From the NCBI RefSeq assembly GCF_053078305.1, contig NZ_CP166879.1: a stretch of 64,000 bases of DNA; one strand, given 5' to 3'. Numbering within the stretch: the stretch's first letter is position 1; every line of letters starts with the position of its first letter. This document shows, piece by piece, positions 1 through 7,800 of the stretch. The notes under the pieces were generated by a model. That model was not told the DNA's origin, did no database searches, and was given only the letters and a program-made list of their open reading frames with translations. Made by a program: the position numbers and the translations under genes.

Positions 1-1007
1 GCATCTGGCAGGTTGAACTGCCTGATGTCCCTCGCAAGCAGATACCAACTATTCTGCCCGCCTTACTGGAAGAAGAGCTGAACCAGGATATCGATGAACT
101 GCATTTCGCCCCGTTGAAAATCGACCAGCAACTGGCAACCGTGGCAGTGATTCACCAACAGCATATGCGCAACATTGCGCAGTGGTTGCAGGAAAACGGC
201 ATCACCCGCGCTACCGTCGCGCCAGACTGGATGTCTATTCCTTGTGGATTTATGGCTGGCGATGCGCAACGGGTTATCTGCCGCATCGATGAATGCCGGG
301 GATGGAGCGCCGGGCGGGCGCTGGCTCCGGTCATGTTCCGCGCCCAGCTAAATGAGCAGGATTTACCGCTTTCGCTAACCGTAGTCGGCATTGCACCGGA
401 AGAGCTATCAGTATGGGCTGGCGCAGATGCTGAACGCCTGACCGTTACGGCTCTGCCCGCCATTACCACTTATGGCGAACCGGAAGGGAACCTGCTAACA
501 GGGCCGTGGCAGCCTCGCGTCAGCTACCGAAAACAGTGGGCGCGCTGGCGAGTGATGATTCTGCCGATATTGCTGATTCTGGTTGCGCTGGCAGTGGAAC
601 GGGGCGTGACGTTATGGAGCGTCAGCGAACAGGTGGCGCAAAGCCGCGACCAGGCGGAGAAACAGTTCTTAACGTTGTTCCCGGAGCAGAAGCGGATTGT
701 GAATTTACGCTCTCAGGTGACGATGGCGCTGAAAAAATATCGCCCACAGGCCGACGATACCCGGCTGCTCGCCGAGTTGTCAGCGATAGCCAGCACCCTG
801 AAATCAGCGTCACTTTCCGACATCGAGATGCGTGGTTTCACCTTTGATCAAAAACGCCAGACGCTTCACCTCCAGTTGCGGGCAGCAAACTTTGCCAGTT
901 TCGACAAACTGCGTAGTGCACTGGCAACCGATTATGTTGTGCAACAGGACGCGTTACAGAAAGAGGGTGATGCGGTTTCCGGCGGCGTAACGTTGCGGAG
1001 GAAATAA
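1..1007 (+). CDS. gspL: Type II secretion system protein L (GspL/YghE-like), 5'-partial
   Basis: Reading frame of ORF 114..1007 stays open back to the window start; C-terminal TM segment (WRVMILPILLILVALAV); GspM-like gene starts 2 bp downstream; position next to pheV remnant matches yghE-yghD-pheV synteny. Confidence 0.65.
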   Translation, partial: IWQVELPDVPRKQIPTILPALLEEELNQDIDELHFAPLKIDQQLATVAVIHQQHMRNIAQWLQENGITRATVAPDWMSIPCGFMAGDAQRVICRIDECRGWSAGRALAPVMFRAQLNEQDLPLSLTVVGIAPEELSVWAGADAERLTVTALPAITTYGEPEGNLLTGPWQPRVSYRKQWARWRVMILPILLILVALAVERGVTLWSVSEQVAQSRDQAEKQFLTLFPEQKRIVNLRSQVTMALKKYRPQADDTRLLAELSAIASTLKSASLSDIEMRGFTFDQKRQTLHLQLRAANFASFDKLRSALATDYVVQQDALQKEGDAVSGGVTLRRK

Positions 1008-1008
1008 C

Positions 1009-1545
1009 ATGTTACGCGATAAATTTATTCACTATTTTCAGCAATGGCGTGAACGCCAGTTAAGCCGTGGCGAACACTGGCTGGCACAACACCTGGCGGG
1101 GCGTTCTCCGCGTGAAAAGGGCATGTTACTGGCAGCGGTGGTGTTCCTGTTTAGCGTCGGATATTACGTCCTCATCTGGCAGCCGTTGAGCGAACGGATA
1201 GAACAACAGGAGACGATGTTGCAGCAACTGGTGGCGATGAACACCCGACTGAGGAGCGCCGCGCCGGATATTATTGCAGCGCGAAAATCCGCCACGACAG
1301 CACCTGCGCAGGTATCGCGGGTCATCAGTGACAGTGCTTCCGCGCACTCGGTGGTCATCAAGCGGATAGCCGAGCGTGGGGAGAATATTCAGGTCTGGAT
1401 AGAACCTGTGGTGTTTAATGACCTTCTGAAATGGTTAAACGCACTGGATGAAAAATATGCGCTGCGGGTAACACAAATTGATGTCAGTGCTGCTGAGAAG
1501 ACTGGGATGGTGAATGTGCAGCGGCTGGAGTTTGGACGAGGGTAA
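1009..1545 (+). CDS. gspM: Type II secretion system protein M (GspM/YghD-like)
   Basis: 178-aa ORF with single N-terminal TM helix (LLAAVVFLFSVGYYVLIW), size and position typical of GspM immediately after GspL. Confidence 0.65.
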   Translation: MLRDKFIHYFQQWRERQLSRGEHWLAQHLAGRSPREKGMLLAAVVFLFSVGYYVLIWQPLSERIEQQETMLQQLVAMNTRLRSAAPDIIAARKSATTAPAQVSRVISDSASAHSVVIKRIAERGENIQVWIEPVVFNDLLKWLNALDEKYALRVTQIDVSAAEKTGMVNVQRLEFGRG

Positions 1546-1650
1546 AGTTTCAGGAGATTAATATCAATAAAATTACTCTCGTTAACGTGGCGAGAGTAAT
1601 TCCCCCAGACTTTATAAGCTAATTTTTTTCGTGAAGGTTATTGTCAGATC

Positions 1651-1681
1651 CAAAAGCAAAAACCCGCCTTGTGGGCGGGTT
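1651..1681 (-). terminator. Rho-independent terminator (native pheV terminator)
   Basis: GC stem aacccgcc/ggcgggtt with 4-nt loop; on the minus strand it is followed by a U-rich tract (plus-strand caaaagcaaaa). Lies 12 nt 3' of the tRNA-Phe fragment. Confidence 0.5.
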
Positions 1682-1693
1682 CTTAAGAATTAG

Positions 1694-1715
1694 TGGTGCC
1701 GGACTCGGAATCGAA
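1694..1715 (-). other. 3'-terminal ~22 nt of a tRNA-Phe gene (att-site direct repeat; genomic island boundary)
   Basis: Plus strand TGGTGCCGGACTCGGAATCGAA is the reverse complement of the acceptor/T-arm 3' end of tRNA-Phe (one C short of the canonical sequence as I recall it); similarity stops abruptly after GAATCGAA, so the tRNA body is absent here. Confidence 0.6.
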
Positions 1716-2001
1716 GATTTCATTTATCATATTGATATTGATGTGATTTATTTAGTTTGATTAAAAATGTACCCTCATTTGTACCCGCAGTCCCTTTTGA
1801 TATTGAAAGGGAATCACACTCGGGATCAGGCTGAGAGCACAGAAAGAAAGTGCTTGGCTATTATATCGTTAATTCTGTCAATCAGTTCCAGCCTTTTGAA
1901 AGTGATGTGTGCAGATCCCTTCTTAAAGTATTTAATGATGAACATCTCGTCTTCATAGCGCTCTTTACCCTGAACAGACCGGATATGCTAATCCAGACGA
2001 A

Positions 2002-2667
2002 TTATGATATTTTCCCGGTTGTCGGGAATGGGGTTGCCACTGAAGAGATGCTGCATCCTTTCCTAGTCGGCAACCCGGTCAGTCTGTGGTCCGGTGATAA
2101 GATGAATCCCCACCGGCCCCATCTCACCAGATTGTTGATAATGATTTTACTTCCAAATTTACAGGGAGAGTTGGTTTTATAATTCCAACTCAGTCCCCTG
2201 AAGACGTTAATCACTCCCTGCTCAAACACCTCATCCTTATTCTGGTGCAGTTGTTCAAATGTGCTCATAATGTTCGCTTCACTGATTTCCGGAAAATTAT
2301 TGTACTCCAGTGACCGGTACCATGTATCACGGGTCTGCGCATCCATTAATGACAGCATCCCGGAGCGTTGCATCAGGTCACGCCAGATTTCACGGTCAAG
2401 GTTTCGGGTGATGGCTTTCATTGCCGTTTCAGTTTTCTCCATGAGCCAGCAGCCGCAGCGAAAATCCTGTTTCATCGCCCAGTCCCGGGCGCTTTTACCA
2501 CCAATGCTTTTTGTCAGTACTGAGATTTCAGTCAGTTGCCGGATAAGCGTTTCGGTTTGTTGCAGTGCTGCATTCCGTACCGTCACAACGTGTCGGATAC
2601 TGGTGGAGCAGATAACGTCCGTATGCCCGGTGACCACTTCCGGACGGGAGATTGTGATGTCTGACAT
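2002..2667 (-). CDS. DUF4942-like protein, island-edge gene; C-terminus possibly altered
   Basis: 221-aa ORF; family assignment from memory of the gene usually found beyond yeeW in CP4-44-like modules; last ~30 residues look unrelated (possible frameshift/truncation). Confidence 0.4.
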   Translation of the reverse strand: MSDITISRPEVVTGHTDVICSTSIRHVVTVRNAALQQTETLIRQLTEISVLTKSIGGKSARDWAMKQDFRCGCWLMEKTETAMKAITRNLDREIWRDLMQRSGMLSLMDAQTRDTWYRSLEYNNFPEISEANIMSTFEQLHQNKDEVFEQGVINVFRGLSWNYKTNSPCKFGSKIIINNLVRWGRWGFILSPDHRLTGLPTRKGCSISSVATPFPTTGKIS

Positions 2668-2751
2668 TATCGGTTTCCCTTTTGGTTTATAAACGAAAAC
2701 GCCAGCCGTATTCAGGCTGGCGTCAGGGTAATGAAGCGTGGTGAGTGATAT

Positions 2752-2949
2752 TCACCGGTTCTGGTGCAGAAGCTGCAGATGACGCAGGGTACGGACATCC
2801 TCTCTGGCCTGTTCGATACAGGGCAACAGTGCTGTCGAATCCGTTCTATCCTCATCGTTGTCAAAGATAATTCCCGATTCGCAGTCGATATTGTCCTGTA
2901 GCCACGCAATCAGAATATCCAGTGCGGTTTCCGTGGTTAATGATTTCAT
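2752..2949 (-). CDS. YeeW-like small protein
   Basis: 65-aa product from internal Met (MKSLTTETALDILIAWLQDN...); position downstream of the cbtA region as in CP4-44. Confidence 0.45.
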   Translation of the reverse strand: MKSLTTETALDILIAWLQDNIDCESGIIFDNDEDRTDSTALLPCIEQAREDVRTLRHLQLLHQNR

Positions 2950-2960
2950 GTTGTTCCTGG

Positions 2961-3449
2961 TTACCAGTCGAAAGTGGGCAGGTCCGGCAGACATTCAGCG
3001 CTGACATCCAGATGAATGAGACTGACGCCATAACGTTGGATGAGTGTGACAACCAGACGACGGAACGTTTTTGACAGCCCCAGGCGTTTAAGCCGCAGAA
3101 CCGGATATGACCACGCATCGGTACGTAACAGATATCCGCTACCTGTGAAATGAATCCATTCTGATTCACCGAAGTCACTGGTCTGGTGTGACAGCGAGTA
3201 CAACCAGGCGTTATCCTTTTCCGTGATATGTGCGGTACTGCAGCGTATGCCGGCAAGGGTTGCAAACGGTGGTAGTGTGCAGGTTGACTGTTGGTCGGAT
3301 TCCTCCACCACGCGGAGTGAATAACCGTTTTCAGCGACATTGTTAATCAGTTCAGCGAGATTAACACCATCAATGTCAACGACAATGCGCCCCATGTTCA
3401 GCGCCCGCACGTTAATGCTGTCGGCTTCCAGCGTCAGGGAAAGTTTCAT
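2961..3449 (-). CDS. Conserved hypothetical protein downstream of cbtA
   Basis: 162-aa ORF whose ATG overlaps the cbtA stop in an ATGA arrangement (3446-3449), suggesting translational coupling; preferred over the overlapping alternative-frame ORF 2861..3340. Confidence 0.5.
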   Translation of the reverse strand: MKLSLTLEADSINVRALNMGRIVVDIDGVNLAELINNVAENGYSLRVVEESDQQSTCTLPPFATLAGIRCSTAHITEKDNAWLYSLSHQTSDFGESEWIHFTGSGYLLRTDAWSYPVLRLKRLGLSKTFRRLVVTLIQRYGVSLIHLDVSAECLPDLPTFDW

Positions 3450-3823
3450 CGTTTCGCCTCCGGATGCTTACCCCGGGTAATGTTATTTACCGTTCTGTAA
3501 TTGTCGCGGGTCATCAGGCCGGTCGCCCGGCGAGCCCGGAGGATATCAATACTGTTTATTAACTGAGAGCGGGGACTAGTGCTGAACCGGGGCTGGTCGG
3601 TACGCACCAGCGCGTATTTTTCAACGAGAAAGTTCACCGCGTCACACAGTGAAATGCCTGCCTCAATATGCTGCTCAATCACACGTTCATCGGAGAACGG
3701 TGTGTCATTTAGCGTGAGGCCGTAGTGCTGGTCCAGCAGTCGGGTGAGCAGTGTCTGCCAGATGGTTACTGGAGATGGGCAGCGCGATGCCTCCCGTACG
3801 TGTGTGTCGGGTAATGTGTTCAT
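3446..3823 (-). CDS. cbtA: CbtA-family toxin (YeeV/YkfI/YpjF-like, cytoskeleton-targeting)
   Basis: 125-aa product closely matching remembered YeeV sequence (…WQTLLTRLLDQHYGLTLNDTPFSDERVIEQHIEAGISLCDAVNFLVEKYALVRTDQ…). Confidence 0.85.
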   Translation of the reverse strand: MNTLPDTHVREASRCPSPVTIWQTLLTRLLDQHYGLTLNDTPFSDERVIEQHIEAGISLCDAVNFLVEKYALVRTDQPRFSTSPRSQLINSIDILRARRATGLMTRDNYRTVNNITRGKHPEAKR

Positions 3824-3912
3824 ACTGAAGATTTTCCTGATATGCAGAGATGAAAAATGGGAAAGTGGCGTGGTGAAAACACCAGGCCGGAGCAGAAGGT
3901 TATTCTGATGAT

Positions 3913-4281
3913 TTACTTTTTCGTTTCGGGCGTCGGATAAACAGCCATATAAACGTAACCACAGGAGCCGAGGGTGTCGGCTTCGCAGGTCAGTCCTCTG
4001 GCATACAGCGTGACGGTATGCTGATGGCGGGGATTCAGTTCACCGCTGGTGAGCATGAGTTCCAGTTGTTTCATCAGCAGCGGAAAGGCCTGGTCCAGAT
4101 GGTACGCATCCGCGTCGCTGAACCGGCCTCTGATACCGGCGCGGTCGGCAAGGTAATACAACCGGTTACCCTCCTGCACCAGACGGGCGCCAAAACAGGG
4201 TGTTATAGTGCAGGGCAGCCCCCACCAGGGGCGGTTGTTATAGTCGTCGGGATAATTTGTCTCATGGTGCGTGTCTGACAC
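3913..4281 (-). CDS. cbeA: CbeA-family antitoxin (YeeU/YafW/YfjZ-like)
   Basis: 122-aa product matching remembered YeeU (…RPWWGLPCTITPCFGARLVQEGNRLYYLADRAGI…TLGSCGYVYMAVYPTPETKK); immediately upstream of toxin gene. Confidence 0.85.
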   Translation of the reverse strand: MSDTHHETNYPDDYNNRPWWGLPCTITPCFGARLVQEGNRLYYLADRAGIRGRFSDADAYHLDQAFPLLMKQLELMLTSGELNPRHQHTVTLYARGLTCEADTLGSCGYVYMAVYPTPETKK

Positions 4282-4443
4282 GATAAAGTCCTCACAGAAA
4301 ATCGGTTAAGAAGGGGTTAACGATGACAGGTCAGCCGGTGTGGAGACCGGCTTCGGTGAAGATGTATTCATTGATGAGAAGGGCCTCATCCACAGCGGCG
4401 TCTGAGGTCATCTGGTCGTACTCGTTTTCCGGGTGACGGAACA

Positions 4444-4665
4444 TTAGTTCAGAGTGACGCTCATCAGCCGGACATACGGGCCAAAACTGTCCTTACGGCG
4501 TTCAGCAAACACGGCCAGCACACCGGGAATATCCTGCACTTCACGACCGGTATACGCCTCAGCACTGCCGTGCCAGCGGTACTTACCGGTGCAGAACGGA
4601 AATAGACGGGATGCAGGATGCTGTTGGTGAATACGCATGGCTTCACCACGGGTGATAATTTTCAT
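4444..4665 (-). CDS. yeeT: YeeT-like DUF987 protein
   Basis: 73-aa product MKIITRGEAMRIHQQHP…RLMSVTLN, near-identical to remembered YeeT; conserved position upstream of cbeA. Confidence 0.8.
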   Translation of the reverse strand: MKIITRGEAMRIHQQHPASRLFPFCTGKYRWHGSAEAYTGREVQDIPGVLAVFAERRKDSFGPYVRLMSVTLN

Positions 4666-4733
4666 AATGGGATACCTCTGAAGACAGAAGATAAAAGTGA
4701 AAACAGGTGTGATGTGATTGTGGCGGTGACGGG

Positions 4734-5225
4734 TTAAAGCAGACCATGTTCGGCAAAGGAGAAAACCTGGCTGCCACCGACTATCAGATGGTCCGGCACC
4801 CGGATATCCACCAGGCCCAGTGCCTGTACCAGACGTTCGGTGATAAGGCGGTCTGCCTTACTGGGGGTGACTTCACCGGACGGGTGATTGTGCGCCAGCA
4901 CCACGGCAGCGGCATTGTGGTACAGGGCGCGTTTAATCACCTCCCGGGGATGGACTTCTGTGCGGTTGATGGTGCCTGTGAAGAGGGTTTCACCGGCAAT
5001 CAACTGATTCTGGTTGTTCAGATACAGCACCCGGAATTCTTCACGCTCCAGTCCAGCCATGTTCAGAATCAGCCATTCCCGTGCCGCTCGGGTGGAGGTG
5101 AAGGCCACGCCGGGTTCATGAAGATGGCGGTCCAGGGTTTTCAGGGCCCGCAGAATGAGACTGCGCTCGCCGGGCGTCATCTCTCCGGGCAGAAAGGAAA
5201 GCTGCTGCATTGTCCCTGCCTCCAT
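4734..5225 (-). CDS. yeeS: RadC-like JAB-domain protein (YeeS/YkfG/YfjY-like)
   Basis: JAMM/JAB motif region (…AAVVLAHNHPSGEVTPSKADRLITERL…); start may be the second Met at 5210. Confidence 0.8.
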   Translation of the reverse strand: MEAGTMQQLSFLPGEMTPGERSLILRALKTLDRHLHEPGVAFTSTRAAREWLILNMAGLEREEFRVLYLNNQNQLIAGETLFTGTINRTEVHPREVIKRALYHNAAAVVLAHNHPSGEVTPSKADRLITERLVQALGLVDIRVPDHLIVGGSQVFSFAEHGLL

Positions 5226-5699
5226 TCAGTCAATGATGCGCATAATGGCGCTGCATTCCGGATGCTGCAGGGCGTAATCCCGCAGCCGGTAATAATGGAC
5301 CGTCATGGCATAACACTCTGTACGACAGGCATGATGACTGTACGTCATCAGACAGGCAGCAATGCCGGCAGCTTCCGGACTCATTTCAGCGCGGTTACCG
5401 TTCATGGCATTGAACAGTACCCATGTTTCGTCATCATCGTCATCCGGTTCAGGGGCCATAAATGCCCCGCCGTTGTTCAGGGTGTACAGATTCCAGATGC
5501 CCCCGCAGTAGTCTTCGCACAAACGGTCCATCCAGCCGAAGACACGGGGCTCCAGGGTCACCCACTGTGGAATGAGGCTAAAATGCTGCGGCCAGAAGCT
5601 GATGCGCTGTTCATCAGGGACTATGGTGGCAACCAGTTGTTGCAGGCCAGTCTCCGGTGCACAGGCTGAAGAGGTGGTGTTCTGAGACAATGTTTTCAT
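5226..5699 (-). CDS. Antirestriction protein, ArdB/KlcA family (YfjX/YafX-like)
   Basis: ~157-aa product from internal Met (MKTLSQN…); acidic stretch PEPDDDDDETW; stop abuts radC-like start; conserved position in CP4-type modules. Confidence 0.75.
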   Translation of the reverse strand: MKTLSQNTTSSACAPETGLQQLVATIVPDEQRISFWPQHFSLIPQWVTLEPRVFGWMDRLCEDYCGGIWNLYTLNNGGAFMAPEPDDDDDETWVLFNAMNGNRAEMSPEAAGIAACLMTYSHHACRTECYAMTVHYYRLRDYALQHPECSAIMRIID

Positions 5700-5792
5700 G
5701 TGTGAAATCCTTGTAATGTGAATAAATGAGAGGAAATAAAGGCCGGGGGCTGACAACATCACGTTCATCACTGACCGTGAGACCCGGCAATA

Positions 5793-6038
5793 TCAGGGAT
5801 GAATGATATTCGGCTGAAATTCCGGACAGCCGTACGCGTAACCGTTCCGGTCACAGACGGATGGCCAGATGCCATTGCCTGTACTCAGTCTGCACAGACT
5901 GAGTTCTCCGGGACGGTAAAGCAGACGGGTACACCAGGCGCACAGGTCATCATCAGAAATGGAACGACATCCCGGCAGCGCCTCCGGGGCGTCGGGTGAT
6001 ACGGGTGCCTGAATCACGCCTTCAGGGATATGTTTCAT
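5793..6038 (-). CDS. Small DUF905-type protein (YkfF-like)
   Basis: 81-aa product from Met at 6038; its ATG overlaps the upstream stop as TGATG (6036-6040); position between DUF932 and antirestriction genes as in CP4-6/CP4-57. Confidence 0.6.
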   Translation of the reverse strand: MKHIPEGVIQAPVSPDAPEALPGCRSISDDDLCAWCTRLLYRPGELSLCRLSTGNGIWPSVCDRNGYAYGCPEFQPNIIHP

Positions 6039-6859
6039 CAGCGCATGCTCTCCAGCAGCGTTTCTGCCATCACCCACAATGCGCGGTTGAGCTTAATATC
6101 GGTGTCGATGCTGTGAATGGCACGGGTGTGGATACGTTTTCCTTTTGCACTGCGACCGGAAATCCCGCCTTTCAGCATATTCTCCTGGATGGTCTGATAA
6201 GCACTCCACAGGTCCTTACCGTAATCCTCCCGGCGTCGCGGTGTCAGAATGTCGGCGGTAGTGATGGGCTGATGTTCGTCACCATAACGGTAAGTCAGTG
6301 CCGCCTGTGCCAGCGCCTGGCGTGCCGGTGGCGGCAGGACCAGCGACTGCATGGCATCACGCTTCTCCTCTATCCGGTCAAACACGCCCACCACCTCGTA
6401 AGCCCCTTCAATGACTCTGTCCACCACATTTCCCCGGTGCGGAACACGCACTTCCCCCAGAGACTGACCACAGACGCATCCGTTCTGGCAGACGAACCTG
6501 AAGTAACCCGGCAGCATCTGGTAGCTGGAGGTACCGTCATGGGAGTTGAGCAGAATAATTTCAGGGACATGTTCTCCGTTTATCTCTCCGGCCCGCCGCA
6601 GACGCAGCATGTGTTTTGTGTATCCCCGGCGGCCCGGGTCGCGCACACGGGTCTGGCAGGCGAAGAATGGCTGAAAGCCTTCCCGCTGCAGGCTTTCCAG
6701 CACAGTGATGGTGGGGATGTACGTATAGTTCTGGCTTCGGGACGTGTGTTTCTCTTCCCCGAAAATCCCCGGCACATGGTGCATCAGCTCTTCATATGTC
6801 AGCGGACGGTCACGGCGTATCTGGTTTGCAGCATAACCAAAACGACTTGCTAATCGCAT
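6038..6859 (-). CDS. DUF932 protein (YafZ/YfjQ-like)
   Basis: 273-aa ORF, the size characteristic of YafZ/YfjQ; uninterrupted; strong coding appearance. Confidence 0.75.
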   Translation of the reverse strand: MRLASRFGYAANQIRRDRPLTYEELMHHVPGIFGEEKHTSRSQNYTYIPTITVLESLQREGFQPFFACQTRVRDPGRRGYTKHMLRLRRAGEINGEHVPEIILLNSHDGTSSYQMLPGYFRFVCQNGCVCGQSLGEVRVPHRGNVVDRVIEGAYEVVGVFDRIEEKRDAMQSLVLPPPARQALAQAALTYRYGDEHQPITTADILTPRRREDYGKDLWSAYQTIQENMLKGGISGRSAKGKRIHTRAIHSIDTDIKLNRALWVMAETLLESMR

Positions 6860-6904
6860 AATTTGCTCCTTATCGGTGGTTAAGATTTACTGGTGTAATA
6901 AATG

Positions 6905-6936
6905 AAAAAAGCCGCGTCTCCCGGAGAAGACGCGGC
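6905..6936 (-). terminator. Rho-independent terminator
   Basis: Stem gccgcgtct/agacgcggc with 8-nt loop; on the minus strand followed by UUUUUU (plus-strand aaaaaa at 6905-6910). Confidence 0.5.
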
Positions 6937-7269
6937 CTGATGGACGAAATTAATGAGGTTTATTGTCTGAGAAGCCCTCCACTGGCGAGCCACGCATTAA
7001 GCTGTTTTCCGGCATCAGCTTCAGAGTTCCGGCAGCGTCAGCGTCGCTGACCTTCCGCGTTGCGGATAACCCGACGGAAATGCATTCCCGGGTCATCCTG
7101 GATAAACACATTGCGGTAAGCGGTTATGACAGCAACCGCCTGCCCGTATGAGAAAGATCCTTCAGCCAGGACATACTCTGTGTGTAACCCGGCATATCTG
7201 GTTTCTCCTGATAAATAGCCTCTGCCATACGTTGTGGCAGAGGCTGAAGCATGAAACTGACTTCAGGGA

Positions 7270-7725
7270 TCAGTTAACATTTTTTCCGGAAACGGTAATC
7301 AGCAGTGGATGGTAGTCCTGGGGATTGAAAACCGATAACGGCAGACTGACACGATGGCCGTTACTTTCTTCAGTTGCTTTAATGATTTCGGTTGTGGCGA
7401 CATTTTCCACGCACTCCGTTTCCAGAAATGCGTCTGTGGTTCGCGTGGCATTACTGTCACCAAAAGCTTCCGTTTCCATTTTTCTGGTCACCAGCGTCTG
7501 ACCATATTTGTCTTTGAGTTGCAGAGTGATGGTGAGGGGGCCAAATCCTTCATCGTTTCCGCCATTATCCAGCCGGAACTGGTAAGCACAAATATTTCCC
7601 GGGAGCCATATTGTATCTGTATTGCGTATACTGATGTAACGTTGATCCTGTGCCCGGAGTGGGGCAGACCACGTTAACCCCAGAATGAAGGCGGTAATCA
7701 TGCAGGTTTTGAACAGGTGAATCAT
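7270..7725 (-). CDS. Secreted/periplasmic protein of unknown function
   Basis: 151-aa ORF with N-terminal signal peptide (MITAFILGLTWSAPLRAQ); no recognisable catalytic motif. Confidence 0.55.
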   Translation of the reverse strand: MIHLFKTCMITAFILGLTWSAPLRAQDQRYISIRNTDTIWLPGNICAYQFRLDNGGNDEGFGPLTITLQLKDKYGQTLVTRKMETEAFGDSNATRTTDAFLETECVENVATTEIIKATEESNGHRVSLPLSVFNPQDYHPLLITVSGKNVN

Positions 7726-7800
7726 GGTATTTACCTCTCTGAGTCATGACGATGACACTGACAAATCAGGTGATAAAGCGTAAAAGGCGCAGAATAGCCG

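Noticed and set aside
2861-3340. 159-aa minus-strand ORF overlapping the ORF chosen downstream of cbtA
   Set aside because: Alternative frame; the chosen ORF 2961..3449 is translationally coupled to cbtA through an ATGA overlap, this one is not.
4746-5669. 307-aa plus-strand ORF spanning the radC-like and antirestriction genes
   Set aside because: Antisense to two well-supported minus-strand genes; Gly/His-rich low-complexity translation typical of antisense artefacts.
5996-6853. 285-aa plus-strand ORF
   Set aside because: Antisense to the DUF932 gene, which has the expected 273-aa length and synteny.
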